From Alphaproteobacteria bacterium (GTDB taxonomy: Bacteria; Pseudomonadota; Alphaproteobacteria; G02398745; G023898745), in assembly GCA_027366195.1 (NCBI GenBank), contig DAHXKW010000146.1, positions 1-35,439 on the forward strand: DNA of 35,439 bases, given 5' to 3'. The notes below the pieces were generated by a model that made no database searches, was not told the origin of the DNA, and saw nothing but the letters and a program-made list of their open reading frames with translations. A program made the translations under genes and the position numbers. How positions within the stretch are numbered: the stretch's first letter is position 1; every line of letters begins with the position of its first letter. Below, one piece after another: positions 22,617 to 31,828 of the stretch.

Positions 22617-24332
22617 TTAAAGTTGTGTTTCAAGTTCGTCCATTAGTTTTGTGATCAATGACAATCCTTTTTCCCAAAATGTAGGATCTGAGGGGTCTAG
22701 ATTGAAAGGTTTTAATAGTTCGCGATAAGGTTTTGAACCTCCGGCTTTTAACAGGTCAATATATTGTTTTTTAAATGTCTCTTTGTCGTTAGTGTCTTGG
22801 TAAACCATAAATAAGCTATTCACTAAGCAATCCCCAAAGGCATAAGCGTAAACATAAAATGGTGCGTGGAAAAAGTGTCCCACATATGACCAAAAATTAT
22901 GGCATATAGGATCAAGGTTAACGGCTTCGCCCAATGCTTCTTTTTGTGTTTCTATCCAATAATGATTGAAATCTTCCGTAGTGAGTTCACCTGTCTCTAT
23001 ACGATGTTTATGGACTTTTTTTTCAAATTCGTAGAAAGCAATTTGCCGAACAACCGTATTGATCATGTCATCGATTTTAGCGGCTAGAAGCATGCGGGAA
23101 TCATATTTTCCGCTGTTCTTGAGATAGTTAAATGTGAGCATTTCACCAAAGACGGATGCGGTTTCTGCGATAGTTAATGGTGCATCTTGTTCTAAAGTTC
23201 CGACATCTCTGGCTAAGTATTGATGTACAGCATGTCCTAATTCGTGTGCTAAAGTGGCCACATCTCGGATACGGTTTTGATAATTTAATAAAACATAGGG
23301 ATGAGCAGAGGGGATCGTGGCGGCTGAAAAAGCACCAGAGCGTTTATCATCTTTGGCGGGCACATCAATCCATGGATTATCAAAGAATTTTTGGACAATA
23401 TCGGCGATTGCTGGCGAAAATTCCCCATAGGCGGTCAGAACTATTTTTTCTGCTTCGGCGTAAGGAATTTCGATTTCTTTATCCACAAACAAAGGGGCAT
23501 TCCTATCCCAATAATCAATTTTAGCTTTATCCAAACATCTAGCCTTTAAAGCATACCAACGATGAGATAATTTTGAATAGTTCTTTTTGACAGTTGAACA
23601 AAGTGTTTCGACAACCTCTCCTTCAATCTGATTAGCGATATGCCTTGGTTGCATCGGAGATTTGAATTTCCTTTTTTTATCAATCAGCATTTTGTCTTGG
23701 ATCAAAGTGTTGAAGATATAAGTAATCCATTTAATATCTTTCTGAAGCCCCACATGTAAGGAATCGGCAGCTGTTTTTCTTATGGTCGCATCATTACTGC
23801 TCATACCTTCTAGGACTTTTTCTAAACCAACAGTTTGTCCTTGAAAATCAAAAGTCATGTGCGCCGTCATTTCATCAAATAAGCGCATCCAGGCACTGTG
23901 TGAGGTCAGGTCTTTATCACATAGTAAAGCCTCAAGTTCTTCTGATAGTTCATAGTCTTTCATTAGACGAATATGATTGATCCAATTTTGATAGCGGGAG
24001 TTTTGGGGGGCTTGCTCTAATTTGTTAATGGCTAGGGTAAAAAATACTAAATCCTGATTGATCTGCGCTATCTTTTCCTGAATTTTGGCATAATGTTGTG
24101 CCACCTTTGTGTCCTTCAGATGTGTGCTGTAATCCAACATGGCATAGTAGGCCGAACGTTCAATCATTTCAGAAATAGACTCATATTCGCTAATGGCTTT
24201 ATCGATATCTTTTCCTAAGTCTGCTTTATAACGTGATGCAAAATATTGTGCAGCTTGTGCGGCTTTTTCTAAATTGGCATAAGCTTCGTCATAATTTTTG
24301 TGCAAATCATCTAAATTCCAACGTTTTTCCAT
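22617..24332 (-). CDS. pepF: Oligoendopeptidase F family (M3B) metallopeptidase
   Basis: It has the HEXXH zinc motif HELGHAVH with a downstream E (ETASVFGE). Its 571 aa length and N-terminal helical domain are typical of PepF. Confidence 0.88.
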   Translation of the reverse strand: MEKRWNLDDLHKNYDEAYANLEKAAQAAQYFASRYKADLGKDIDKAISEYESISEMIERSAYYAMLDYSTHLKDTKVAQHYAKIQEKIAQINQDLVFFTLAINKLEQAPQNSRYQNWINHIRLMKDYELSEELEALLCDKDLTSHSAWMRLFDEMTAHMTFDFQGQTVGLEKVLEGMSSNDATIRKTAADSLHVGLQKDIKWITYIFNTLIQDKMLIDKKRKFKSPMQPRHIANQIEGEVVETLCSTVKKNYSKLSHRWYALKARCLDKAKIDYWDRNAPLFVDKEIEIPYAEAEKIVLTAYGEFSPAIADIVQKFFDNPWIDVPAKDDKRSGAFSAATIPSAHPYVLLNYQNRIRDVATLAHELGHAVHQYLARDVGTLEQDAPLTIAETASVFGEMLTFNYLKNSGKYDSRMLLAAKIDDMINTVVRQIAFYEFEKKVHKHRIETGELTTEDFNHYWIETQKEALGEAVNLDPICHNFWSYVGHFFHAPFYVYAYAFGDCLVNSLFMVYQDTNDKETFKKQYIDLLKAGGSKPYRELLKPFNLDPSDPTFWEKGLSLITKLMDELETQL

Positions 24333-24425
24333 GTGTTATAAAATAGTCTTGCTCTAAGTTTATGGTACTATATTTTATATAGAATATTTGTTTAATCCGA
24401 TGGTCATACGTCTTACAGCCTAACA

Positions 24426-24455
24426 AGCACACGATTGAATGGTGGATCGTGTGCT
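24426..24455. repeat. Perfect 10 bp inverted repeat (AGCACACGAT-N10-ATCGTGTGCT) in the pepF / ABC-F divergent intergenic region
   Basis: Read directly from the sequence: 24426-24435 is the reverse complement of 24446-24455. No T-tract follows on either strand, so it is not a canonical intrinsic terminator. It sits ~55 nt upstream of the ABC-F start. Confidence 0.6.
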
Positions 24456-24508
24456 GGAGCCTAATCTCTCAGCACATTTCGTATTAACGATAAAAGGGAG
24501 AGTGGGAA

Positions 24509-26122
24509 ATGTTATCTTTAGTTAATTTATCTAAAACATTTGGGAATAAAGTTTTATTTCAGAATTTAACGCATAGTTTACCGGCAGGCAAAAGGATCGG
24601 TTTGGTAGGGCCAAATGGTGCTGGAAAAACGTCTTTATTAAACATTATTTGTGGTCTTGATCATAGTGACAGTAAGGGGCAAATTGTTGCACCTAAAGGA
24701 ACAAAAATTGGTTATTTACCCCAAGAAATTAATCCAACACCTTTATCTTCCGTTTTAGAAGAATGTCTAAGTGGACATAGAGAACTTTATCCTATCTTGC
24801 TTGATAGGGAAAAAGTTTTGGAAGAAATGGCGGCAAATTATAGTGAAGCGGTTCATGAACGATATGAGAAAATTGAGCATATTTTCCAGCAATTAGATGG
24901 TTACAGTCTGGAAGGAGAGGCGCACAAATTATTATTAGGGCTTGGTTTTAAGGAGCAAGATTTAACACGTAACCCTAAAGAATTTTCAGGTGGATGGCGC
25001 ATGCGTCTTGAGTTGGCGAAAGTTTTATTGAATGAGCCTGATATTTTGATTTTGGATGAGCCTACCAATCATTTGGATTTACCAAGTTTGATGTTTTTAG
25101 AGGAGTTCTTACTGAGTTTCAAAGGAACATTATTATTTGTATCTCATGATCAAGAATTGTTAGACCGCTTAGCCAATATTATTTTGTATTTAAGAAATGG
25201 GAAGATTTCTGAATATTCTGGCAATTTTTCTGATTTTCTTGAACGGCATAATCTAGAAAAATTCCAAGCTGAGTCACAAAAGAAGAGTTTAGATAAGCAA
25301 ATCCAGCATAATCAAAAATTTGTAGACCGTTTTGGAGCGAAGGCGACTAAAGCAAAGCAAGCGAATAGTCGCAAGAAATTGATTAGTCGTTTGCAAGTGA
25401 TTCAAGGTTCAATAGAAACAGAAGATGCGCGCGCTTATCCACATATTGCTATGCCTGTTACCAAGTCAAGTGCAAGGGTGGTTTTAAAAATTGAACAAGC
25501 CAGTTTTGGTTACGATAAGCCTTTGGTGCGAGGGTTAAATTTGCAGGTGCAAAGAGGTCAGAAAATAGCGATTGTAGGTGCAAATGGTATTGGAAAGTCA
25601 ACTTTATTAAAAACTTTAGTAGGAGAGGTTCCTTTGTTGTCAGGATCTTTTACCTGGGGAGAGCATGTCAGTATAGGCTATTATGCTCAAAGTCAGGTTG
25701 ATCAATTAAATATGAAACAATCTGCTTTTGATAATGTTTTGGCGGCCAATGGTAATTTAGCCGAACATCAAGTAAGAAAAATTTTGGGAAGTCTTTTATT
25801 TAAAGAAAATGATGTACATAAGCCAGTTTCAGTTATGTCAGGTGGAGAAAAAAGTCGAGTGGGTTTGGCGTGTTTGATCGCTCAGCAGGCTAATGTATTG
25901 CTGATGGATGAACCAACAAATCACTTAGACATGATTGCTATGGAAAAATTGGCCGATGCTCTATGTGATTATACTGGCACCTTATTATTTGTAAGCCATG
26001 ATAGGCGTTTTATTAATCGTGTTGCTAGCCATATTTTGGGTATTAATGCCCAAGGTAAGTATTTACTTGTTGAAGGCACGTGGCCTGACTTTTTAGAAAA
26101 ATCGGCGCATTGGTTAGATTAA
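24509..26122 (+). CDS. ABC-F family ATPase (two NBDs with linker, no TM domain; YbiT/EttA-like size)
   Basis: There are two Walker A motifs (GPNGAGKTS, GANGIGKST), two signature motifs (FSGGWRMR, MSGGEKSR) and two Walker B motifs (ILILDEPTNHLD, VLLMDEPTNHLD). A basic interdomain linker lies between them (QKFVDRFGAKATKAKQANSRKK). Confidence 0.92.
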   Translation: MLSLVNLSKTFGNKVLFQNLTHSLPAGKRIGLVGPNGAGKTSLLNIICGLDHSDSKGQIVAPKGTKIGYLPQEINPTPLSSVLEECLSGHRELYPILLDREKVLEEMAANYSEAVHERYEKIEHIFQQLDGYSLEGEAHKLLLGLGFKEQDLTRNPKEFSGGWRMRLELAKVLLNEPDILILDEPTNHLDLPSLMFLEEFLLSFKGTLLFVSHDQELLDRLANIILYLRNGKISEYSGNFSDFLERHNLEKFQAESQKKSLDKQIQHNQKFVDRFGAKATKAKQANSRKKLISRLQVIQGSIETEDARAYPHIAMPVTKSSARVVLKIEQASFGYDKPLVRGLNLQVQRGQKIAIVGANGIGKSTLLKTLVGEVPLLSGSFTWGEHVSIGYYAQSQVDQLNMKQSAFDNVLAANGNLAEHQVRKILGSLLFKENDVHKPVSVMSGGEKSRVGLACLIAQQANVLLMDEPTNHLDMIAMEKLADALCDYTGTLLFVSHDRRFINRVASHILGINAQGKYLLVEGTWPDFLEKSAHWLD

Positions 26123-26818
26123 GGTATCTTTCGTTTCAGGTAAAAGTAAAGACATTAAATCTTGTACGTTTTGAACATTAGTTAAATCATGTTTAATGCT
26201 ACCATTCTTTAAAACCAAAACTCGATCAGAATATTTTACAGCGTGATCAAGGTTATGTGTAACCATAACTGTCGTAATTTGGTATTCTTTGCAAAGTTTG
26301 AAAGTTAAATCCATAAGATTTTTGGCTGTTATAGGATCAAGCGCTGAGGTGTGTTCATCTAAGATTAAAAGTTTAGGATATGTCATAATAGCCATTATTA
26401 TACTCAGAGCTTGCCTTTGTCCTCCCGACAAAGAAGATAAGGGCTGGTTGACTTTTTCTTCAAGACCAAGATTTAATTTTTTCAGCCAGTATTCGCAGTC
26501 AACCTGAGGGTAACTTAATAACGAAGTGCTTCTTTTGTAATAAGCTAATAGCATATTTTGTTTAAGTGTGAGATTTTTGAATGTTGAACTTTGTACATCT
26601 TGCAAGACGAAGCTAACATCATTGGTATTGTAATTTCTTTCTACCTCTCCATATGTAGGTTCGATTAGATTTGTAATGAGTTTTAATAGAGTTGATTTTC
26701 CAGCCCCATTTTGCCCAACAATACTGATTTGTTCTTTATTTTTAATTGTTAAATTTACATCGTTTAAAATTTTTTTATTAGGCGGGACAGTATATATAAC
26801 GTTTTTAATTTTTAGCAT
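26114..26818 (-). CDS. ABC transporter ATP-binding protein (COG1101-type, partner of the 26805-28591 genes)
   Basis: Walker A GQNGAGKST, signature LSGGQRQ and Walker B LLILDEHTSALD. It overlaps the permease gene by 14 nt. Confidence 0.9.
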   Translation of the reverse strand: MLKIKNVIYTVPPNKKILNDVNLTIKNKEQISIVGQNGAGKSTLLKLITNLIEPTYGEVERNYNTNDVSFVLQDVQSSTFKNLTLKQNMLLAYYKRSTSLLSYPQVDCEYWLKKLNLGLEEKVNQPLSSLSGGQRQALSIIMAIMTYPKLLILDEHTSALDPITAKNLMDLTFKLCKEYQITTVMVTHNLDHAVKYSDRVLVLKNGSIKHDLTNVQNVQDLMSLLLPETKDTLI

Positions 26819-27677
26819 GTCCAGTTCCTTTTCTTAAATTGGCCAAAATAATAGATGTAATAACCATGACAGACGTAATGAGTTTTAGGTCAGAGGTTTT
26901 AAGTCCTATGAAGTCTAAATTCAAAGCAATTTGTGTAATTGTTCTATAAAGAATCGAACCTAAAATTACTAGTCCAAACATCTTAGGTATACTTTTTGTC
27001 TCTTTTGCAAACACTTCACCCAACATGATACAAGCAAGGCCTGTTACCACTACTCCAAATCCCATAGAAACATCACAAAATCCCTGGTATTGGGTCATAA
27101 GTGCGCCGATTGTGGATGCTACTCCATTACTTAGAGCAATTAAGGAAAGCTTATGATAGTTGGTATTAATTCGGTATAAATGGGAAGCTTTTTCATTTTG
27201 TCCAATGGCGACGAGAACTAGCCCTAAGTAACTTCGAAAAAGCCAAATCATAGGTGTCAAAATCATAAAGCAAACAGCAATATTAATCAGCAGTGGTGGA
27301 ATAATGTAAATAGTAGATTGCTCAAAAATAGAGACATTGGCTGCGCCTAAAATACGTAAATTAATGCTATAGAGCATTATCATCACCAATATGCTGGCAA
27401 GGATTCCATTAATACGGAATTTTAGATTTAATACGCCTGTTGTAAGGCCTGCTAAAGCACCACCTAAAAATGGGAAAACCAAAGCTAAATAGGGTGAAAC
27501 CCCCTTTTTTATAAGTAAAGCACATAGGGCTCCGCCCAATACAAAGGAACCGTCAACCGTTAAATCTGGAAAGTCTAATACTCTGAATGTTAGGTAAATA
27601 CTTATTGCTAAAAGCCCATAAGAAATACCAAGCTCTAAAACTGTGACGAGTTGATCTAACATTTTTCTGCCCCACAT
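26805..27677 (-). CDS. ABC transporter permease (COG4120-type, branched-chain/BPD family fold)
   Basis: It is polytopic and hydrophobic throughout (~8 TM). It sits in an operon between the binding protein and the ATPase. The start may be the ATG at 27662 (MLDQLV). Confidence 0.85.
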   Translation of the reverse strand: MWGRKMLDQLVTVLELGISYGLLAISIYLTFRVLDFPDLTVDGSFVLGGALCALLIKKGVSPYLALVFPFLGGALAGLTTGVLNLKFRINGILASILVMIMLYSINLRILGAANVSIFEQSTIYIIPPLLINIAVCFMILTPMIWLFRSYLGLVLVAIGQNEKASHLYRINTNYHKLSLIALSNGVASTIGALMTQYQGFCDVSMGFGVVVTGLACIMLGEVFAKETKSIPKMFGLVILGSILYRTITQIALNLDFIGLKTSDLKLITSVMVITSIILANLRKGTGHAKN

Positions 27678-28591
27678 ATTCGGATACTATAAGGAAGCTT
27701 TTCTGGGAGCGTCAAGTTAAGTTTTTTCAACATCGGTTGATTTACATACAACCTCACTTCTTCAGGTTGCTGGACAGGAATATCTTCAATTGATTTACCC
27801 TCTTCTAATATCGCCTTTATTTGTTTAGCAACAGTTGTGCCCAAGTCATATTGTGCATATCCCAGAGCTAGAGAGACGCCGCGTTTAGCTGAATCTGGAT
27901 CAGAAGATATAACTGGAATACCGTAGTTTTTTGCTGTTTCTGTTAGAATTTCCAGCGCTGACCAGACAGTATTATCTGATGGAATATAGATCATATCTAC
28001 TTTGCTTGCCAAAGTTTTTACCGCAGCTATGATATCTGTAGGGTTAGAAATGCCAATGCTTTTAATGTTTATACCTTGTGCTTGCTTTTTAAGTTCTTTA
28101 ACCGTTTGTTCTGAGTTTGATTCAGAAGGATTGTAAATTACGCCTATTGTCTTTAAGTCTTTAATAACTTTTTTAGACAACTCGAGCATTTCTTTGATTA
28201 AAGGTGCATCATAAACACCACTCATTCCTTTGGGTTTTCCATAATTCTCTACAAGCCCCACCTCTTTGGGGTAGGTTACAGAAGAAAATAAAATGGGGGT
28301 TTTATTAGGATTAGGAATGTTTTTGAAAGTTTGTGCTGATGGCGTTGAAATGGCGACGACTAAAGCTACTTTTTTACTTAATAAACGCTTTGCAATTTGT
28401 TGTGCAATAACAATATCTCCTTGGGCATCTTGATCAATAATTTCATATTGTGAATCAAGGTGATCGATAATACCCTTTTTGGCTTCATTAAGCGAAGGAT
28501 GATTTACAATTTGCGTAATTGCAATTTGTTTTTTATTGTGGCATCCCGCTACCATTAAAGATGTAACAATAGCTAATAAAATTTTTTTCAT
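27656..28591 (-). CDS. ABC transporter substrate-binding lipoprotein (ABC_sub_bind / COG2984-type)
   Basis: It has a lipoprotein signal with lipobox MKKILLAIVTSLMVAGC. Periplasmic-binding-fold blocks are present (ITQIVNHPSLNEAKKGI, VALVVAISTPSAQ, YIPSDNTV). The ligand cannot be determined from the sequence. Confidence 0.82.
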   Translation of the reverse strand: MKKILLAIVTSLMVAGCHNKKQIAITQIVNHPSLNEAKKGIIDHLDSQYEIIDQDAQGDIVIAQQIAKRLLSKKVALVVAISTPSAQTFKNIPNPNKTPILFSSVTYPKEVGLVENYGKPKGMSGVYDAPLIKEMLELSKKVIKDLKTIGVIYNPSESNSEQTVKELKKQAQGINIKSIGISNPTDIIAAVKTLASKVDMIYIPSDNTVWSALEILTETAKNYGIPVISSDPDSAKRGVSLALGYAQYDLGTTVAKQIKAILEEGKSIEDIPVQQPEEVRLYVNQPMLKKLNLTLPEKLPYSIRICGAEKC

Positions 28592-28965
28592 TTTTTCCCT
28601 CCAAAATCAAAACGTTTCCAAGCTATTGGAAAACTTGCTGTTTATAAATACTAATTTTTTCTTCGACTGTATTTTTTGTCAAAGATACGTTTGCTTGATA
28701 TCAAGCTTGCGTTGTTTAACGTGCTATAGAACTACCCTAAAAGGATATTTACAGCACGCTTATAAATCGAAAAGAGGGGAAAAATAATGAAGACAAGTGA
28801 ACAGAGGAGTATTTTTTCAATAAGGATAGTATTTTATACATCCTTAGAACTCTCTAATTCACTTAATCGTAATTACATTATAACAGATATTTGGTAAAGA
28901 GAAAATTTACACCAATTGTGGTGATCAAGCAAAAGTCGAAGAAAAAGGTATTAGTACCACCAAAA

Positions 28966-29832
28966 TTAAGCAGACTGATTGCTAATTCTTTTTTCACGCA
29001 AACGTTCGAAGTGTTCACCCGCATGATAGGAAGATCGTGTAAGGGCAGAGCATGAAGCAAGGAGGAATCCTTTGCCAGTTGCCATTTTTTGATAGAATGC
29101 GAACTCTTCATCATTAACGTAACGCATAACCTTATGATGCTTTGGAGTGGGTTGAAGATACTGTCCTATTGTCAAAAAATCAACATTGGCGGCACGTAAA
29201 TCATCCATAACTTGCAAAACTTCTTCTTGGGTTTCGCCTAGTCCCACCATGATTCCTGATTTTGTAAAGCTTGTGGGGTCGGTCTTTTTTACATGATCTA
29301 GCAACTGGAGCGAATTGAAATAACGTGCACCTGGACGGACTGATCGGTATAACCGCGGGACTGTTTCTAGATTGTGGTTAAACACATCTGGTTTGGCTGT
29401 GATAATATGTTCCACAGCGCCGTCTTTACGTAGAAAGTCTGGGGTAAGGACTTCTATTGTTGTTTCAGGAGAAGCCAAGCGGATCATTTCTATGACTTGT
29501 GCAAAATGCTGTGCGCCGCCATCATCTAGGTCATCCCGGTCAACAGATGTAATAACAGCATGTTTTAGGGAGAGTTTGGCGACAGCTTCGGCGACTCGTC
29601 TGGGCTCATCAAGGTCTAATGGTAAAGGCTTGCCTGTTTTAACGTTACAGAAACGACAAGCCCGTGTACATGTGTCACCCATGATCATAAATGTGGCGTG
29701 TTTTTGTGCCCAGCATTCTCCGATGTTAGGGCAAGCCGCTTCCTCGCAGACGGTGTGTAATTTATATTGTCTTACAAGGTCTACAGTTTCGAAATATGTT
29801 GGTGATACAGGGGCTTTAACGCGAGGTTTCAT
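28966..29832 (-). CDS. lipA: Lipoyl synthase
   Basis: It has the auxiliary cluster motif [12 protein letters not shown] and the radical-SAM CxxxCxxC motif ([10 protein letters not shown]), plus the conserved C-terminal RSSY. Confidence 0.95.
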   Translation of the reverse strand: MKPRVKAPVSPTYFETVDLVRQYKLHTVCEEAACPNIGECWAQKHATFMIMGDTCTRACRFCNVKTGKPLPLDLDEPRRVAEAVAKLSLKHAVITSVDRDDLDDGGAQHFAQVIEMIRLASPETTIEVLTPDFLRKDGAVEHIITAKPDVFNHNLETVPRLYRSVRPGARYFNSLQLLDHVKKTDPTSFTKSGIMVGLGETQEEVLQVMDDLRAANVDFLTIGQYLQPTPKHHKVMRYVNDEEFAFYQKMATGKGFLLASCSALTRSSYHAGEHFERLREKRISNQSA

Positions 29833-30578
29833 GGGGATACTTTTGATAACCTGAAATAACTTTCAACACCTTCCATACTACAAATGGGGTTATTCTGACT
29901 ATCAAACAAGTGTGCGTCGAAAACATACTGAAGTCCGGAAATCTTATGAAAAATAAGGTGTGCATAACATGTTTCTTCTTTAAATTTTTGATAGAGGACA
30001 GCGCGTTTTATTTTTGAAGGTAAAGACGCTTTGTGTTTCACCATAAAGGCAAGTTGGCATCCCATTTGTAAAGCACCATCACAGGCGAAAGGATCGAAAA
30101 ACCAGTCTGTTTGATTATTGTTCATACCTAATGCTGTTTTTAAGATGCCTATTGTTTGACTGCCCGTTTTATCTTTCTTGATTTTGACAATGCTATGAAG
30201 CTTCGGACCATGGAATAAAAACTGATAATTTCCTGGAAATTCTTGCACCACACTTAAGTCAGACCACAAGGGTTTTTCAATACCGTCATGAAATAAAGAA
30301 TAGTGTGCTTTGTAGTGTACATTGTGGCGAATATCTAAAAGCTGTATTAACTCTTGTTCTTGATTAATATCAATAATGACAGGATGATCTGTAAAATCTG
30401 AAAGGATAATGCCTTTGATAAGACGAATATCTTTGAGAATGCACGGGCCAATATATTCTTTTAATTTTCCATAAAAAAGGTCAAGAATGCTTACGAATGG
30501 AATTACTGGGACGTTTTCAGGGCAGTGATCTTCTACAAATGCATATCTTTCTTTCTTGAACACAAATGAAACTTGCAT
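29829..30578 (-). CDS. Hypothetical protein, polyketide-synthase-dehydratase-like double-hotdog fold (tentative)
   Basis: 249 aa. The N-terminal half has [14 protein letters not shown], an HxxxNxxxxP variant of the PKS-DH HxxxGxxxxP motif. The C-terminal half has [13 protein letters not shown] (DxxxQ motif), then [11 protein letters not shown]. The stop overlaps the lipA start (ATGA). Confidence 0.6.
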   Translation of the reverse strand: MQVSFVFKKERYAFVEDHCPENVPVIPFVSILDLFYGKLKEYIGPCILKDIRLIKGIILSDFTDHPVIIDINQEQELIQLLDIRHNVHYKAHYSLFHDGIEKPLWSDLSVVQEFPGNYQFLFHGPKLHSIVKIKKDKTGSQTIGILKTALGMNNNQTDWFFDPFACDGALQMGCQLAFMVKHKASLPSKIKRAVLYQKFKEETCYAHLIFHKISGLQYVFDAHLFDSQNNPICSMEGVESYFRLSKVSP

Positions 30579-30644
30579 GACTGATTACACGATCCTTCCC
30601 TAATTGAGGTTTATCATAAGGTTATATTTATATGCAATCCTCTT

Positions 30645-31256
30645 TTAATGTAGCCAGCCAATAATACCTAGTCCTAACATGCATGTAATAATGACCGACA
30701 CGATAAATACAGCGAAGTATGTTCTAAATTGATTACCAAATTTAGGGCCGAAAGTTTTGACAGCATATGACAGTAAAAAGAATCGTGAACTGCGCGCGAT
30801 TGCTGCTGCCAATAGAAATGTCGTGAATTTTAATTGGGTCATGCCGGCGCATAATGATACAACCTTGAAAGGGATGGGCATTAATCCTTTCAAACTAATA
30901 ATCCAAAAGCCCCATTTTTGTATATCAGCTTGAAATCTTAGAAAAACATCTTGATATCCATAAAAATCAAGCAGGCGTTCTCCTATAAGCTGGAAGAAAG
31001 CAAATCCAATGTAATAACCAATAGCGCCGCCTATTAAAGAAGCGACAGTTGTAATAAAGGCCATTTTGAAAGCCTTATGGGGTTGAGCTAATACCATGGG
31101 TATTAAAAGAATATCTGGAGGAATTGGGAATATAAAACTTTCAAGGCATGAGACAGCAAATAGTAAAAAGCTGGCTCTAGGGCGTTGTACGCGTATAATT
31201 AGCCAATCGTGTATACGATGGGATATTTTTTTTGGTGGTGTCTCTTTACTTAACAT
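30645..31256 (-). CDS. DedA superfamily / YqaA-like membrane protein
   Basis: LFAVSCLESFIFPIPPDILLIPMVL is the YqaA/SNARE-associated signature. It has ~5 TM helices. Its ATG overlaps the pgsA stop (TAATG). Confidence 0.8.
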   Translation of the reverse strand: MLSKETPPKKISHRIHDWLIIRVQRPRASFLLFAVSCLESFIFPIPPDILLIPMVLAQPHKAFKMAFITTVASLIGGAIGYYIGFAFFQLIGERLLDFYGYQDVFLRFQADIQKWGFWIISLKGLMPIPFKVVSLCAGMTQLKFTTFLLAAAIARSSRFFLLSYAVKTFGPKFGNQFRTYFAVFIVSVIITCMLGLGIIGWLH

Positions 31257-31828
31257 TAGCGTGACCCTAACAATAGACGTAAAAACTGATTAACATACCT
31301 AAAACAACTTAGTAATGACAAGAAGGCAGCTAGCCATAAGAAACCACTACCTAATTTATAAAGCTGGGGGTAAAAAAAGGCGCACAATACGACAATTATA
31401 CCGATCATTTGGGCAACTGTTTTAACCTTTCCCCAATAATCTGTAATAAGTTCCAAGGAGAGCTTGGCTGATAATTCTCGAATGCCTGATAATAAAATGT
31501 CGCGTCCCATCATAATAATGGTGGGAATATTATCAATAGGTCTTAAAAATCCTAAATAACCGATAGCGAGCAAAGTTAGAGCAATTAAAAATTTGTCAGC
31601 CGTGTGGTCTAGTACAGCACCAAGGCGTGTAATGCCGAACAATCGAGCAACTCGCCCATCTAAATAATCTGTAAAACAGGCAAAGGTAAATAGTATGATG
31701 CCAAAAAATATGGTGGTTGGTTGTTTTATGCAAAGTAGAATTGCAACTACGGGCGCAAGTATAATGCGTGTCACACTAATCAAGTCTGCCAGGGTTCTGT
31801 GGGTCATTTGTCGTTGAAGAATTGCCAA
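31256..31828 (-). CDS. pgsA: CDP-diacylglycerol--glycerol-3-phosphate 3-phosphatidyltransferase
   Basis: It carries the CDP-alcohol phosphatidyltransferase motif DYLDGRVARLFGITRLGAVLDHTADK (D-x2-DG-x2-AR-x8-G-x3-D-x3-D). It is 190 aa and lies downstream of uvrC, as in many proteobacteria. Confidence 0.92.
   Translation of the reverse strand: MAILQRQMTHRTLADLISVTRIILAPVVAILLCIKQPTTIFFGIILFTFACFTDYLDGRVARLFGITRLGAVLDHTADKFLIALTLLAIGYLGFLRPIDNIPTIIMMGRDILLSGIRELSAKLSLELITDYWGKVKTVAQMIGIIVVLCAFFYPQLYKLGSGFLWLAAFLSLLSCFRYVNQFLRLLLGSR

Noticed and set aside
23177-23524. 115 aa + strand ORF inside pepF, and 22899-23087
   Set aside because: These are antisense or alternate-frame ORFs within a well-supported M3B peptidase gene.
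28592-28965. Possible riboswitch/T-box or small gene in the 370 bp region upstream of the ABC substrate-binding gene (includes track ORFs 28536-28787 and 28878-29114)
   Set aside because: I could not recognise any conserved riboswitch or T-box core, nor a convincing terminator/antiterminator pair. The ORFs are low-complexity, lack an SD, or overlap lipA. A covariance-model scan (Rfam) would be needed to decide.
29372-29854. 160 aa + strand ORF
   Set aside because: It lies entirely antisense to lipA, whose identification is unambiguous. The Ser/Arg/Cys-rich translation is typical of an antisense frame.
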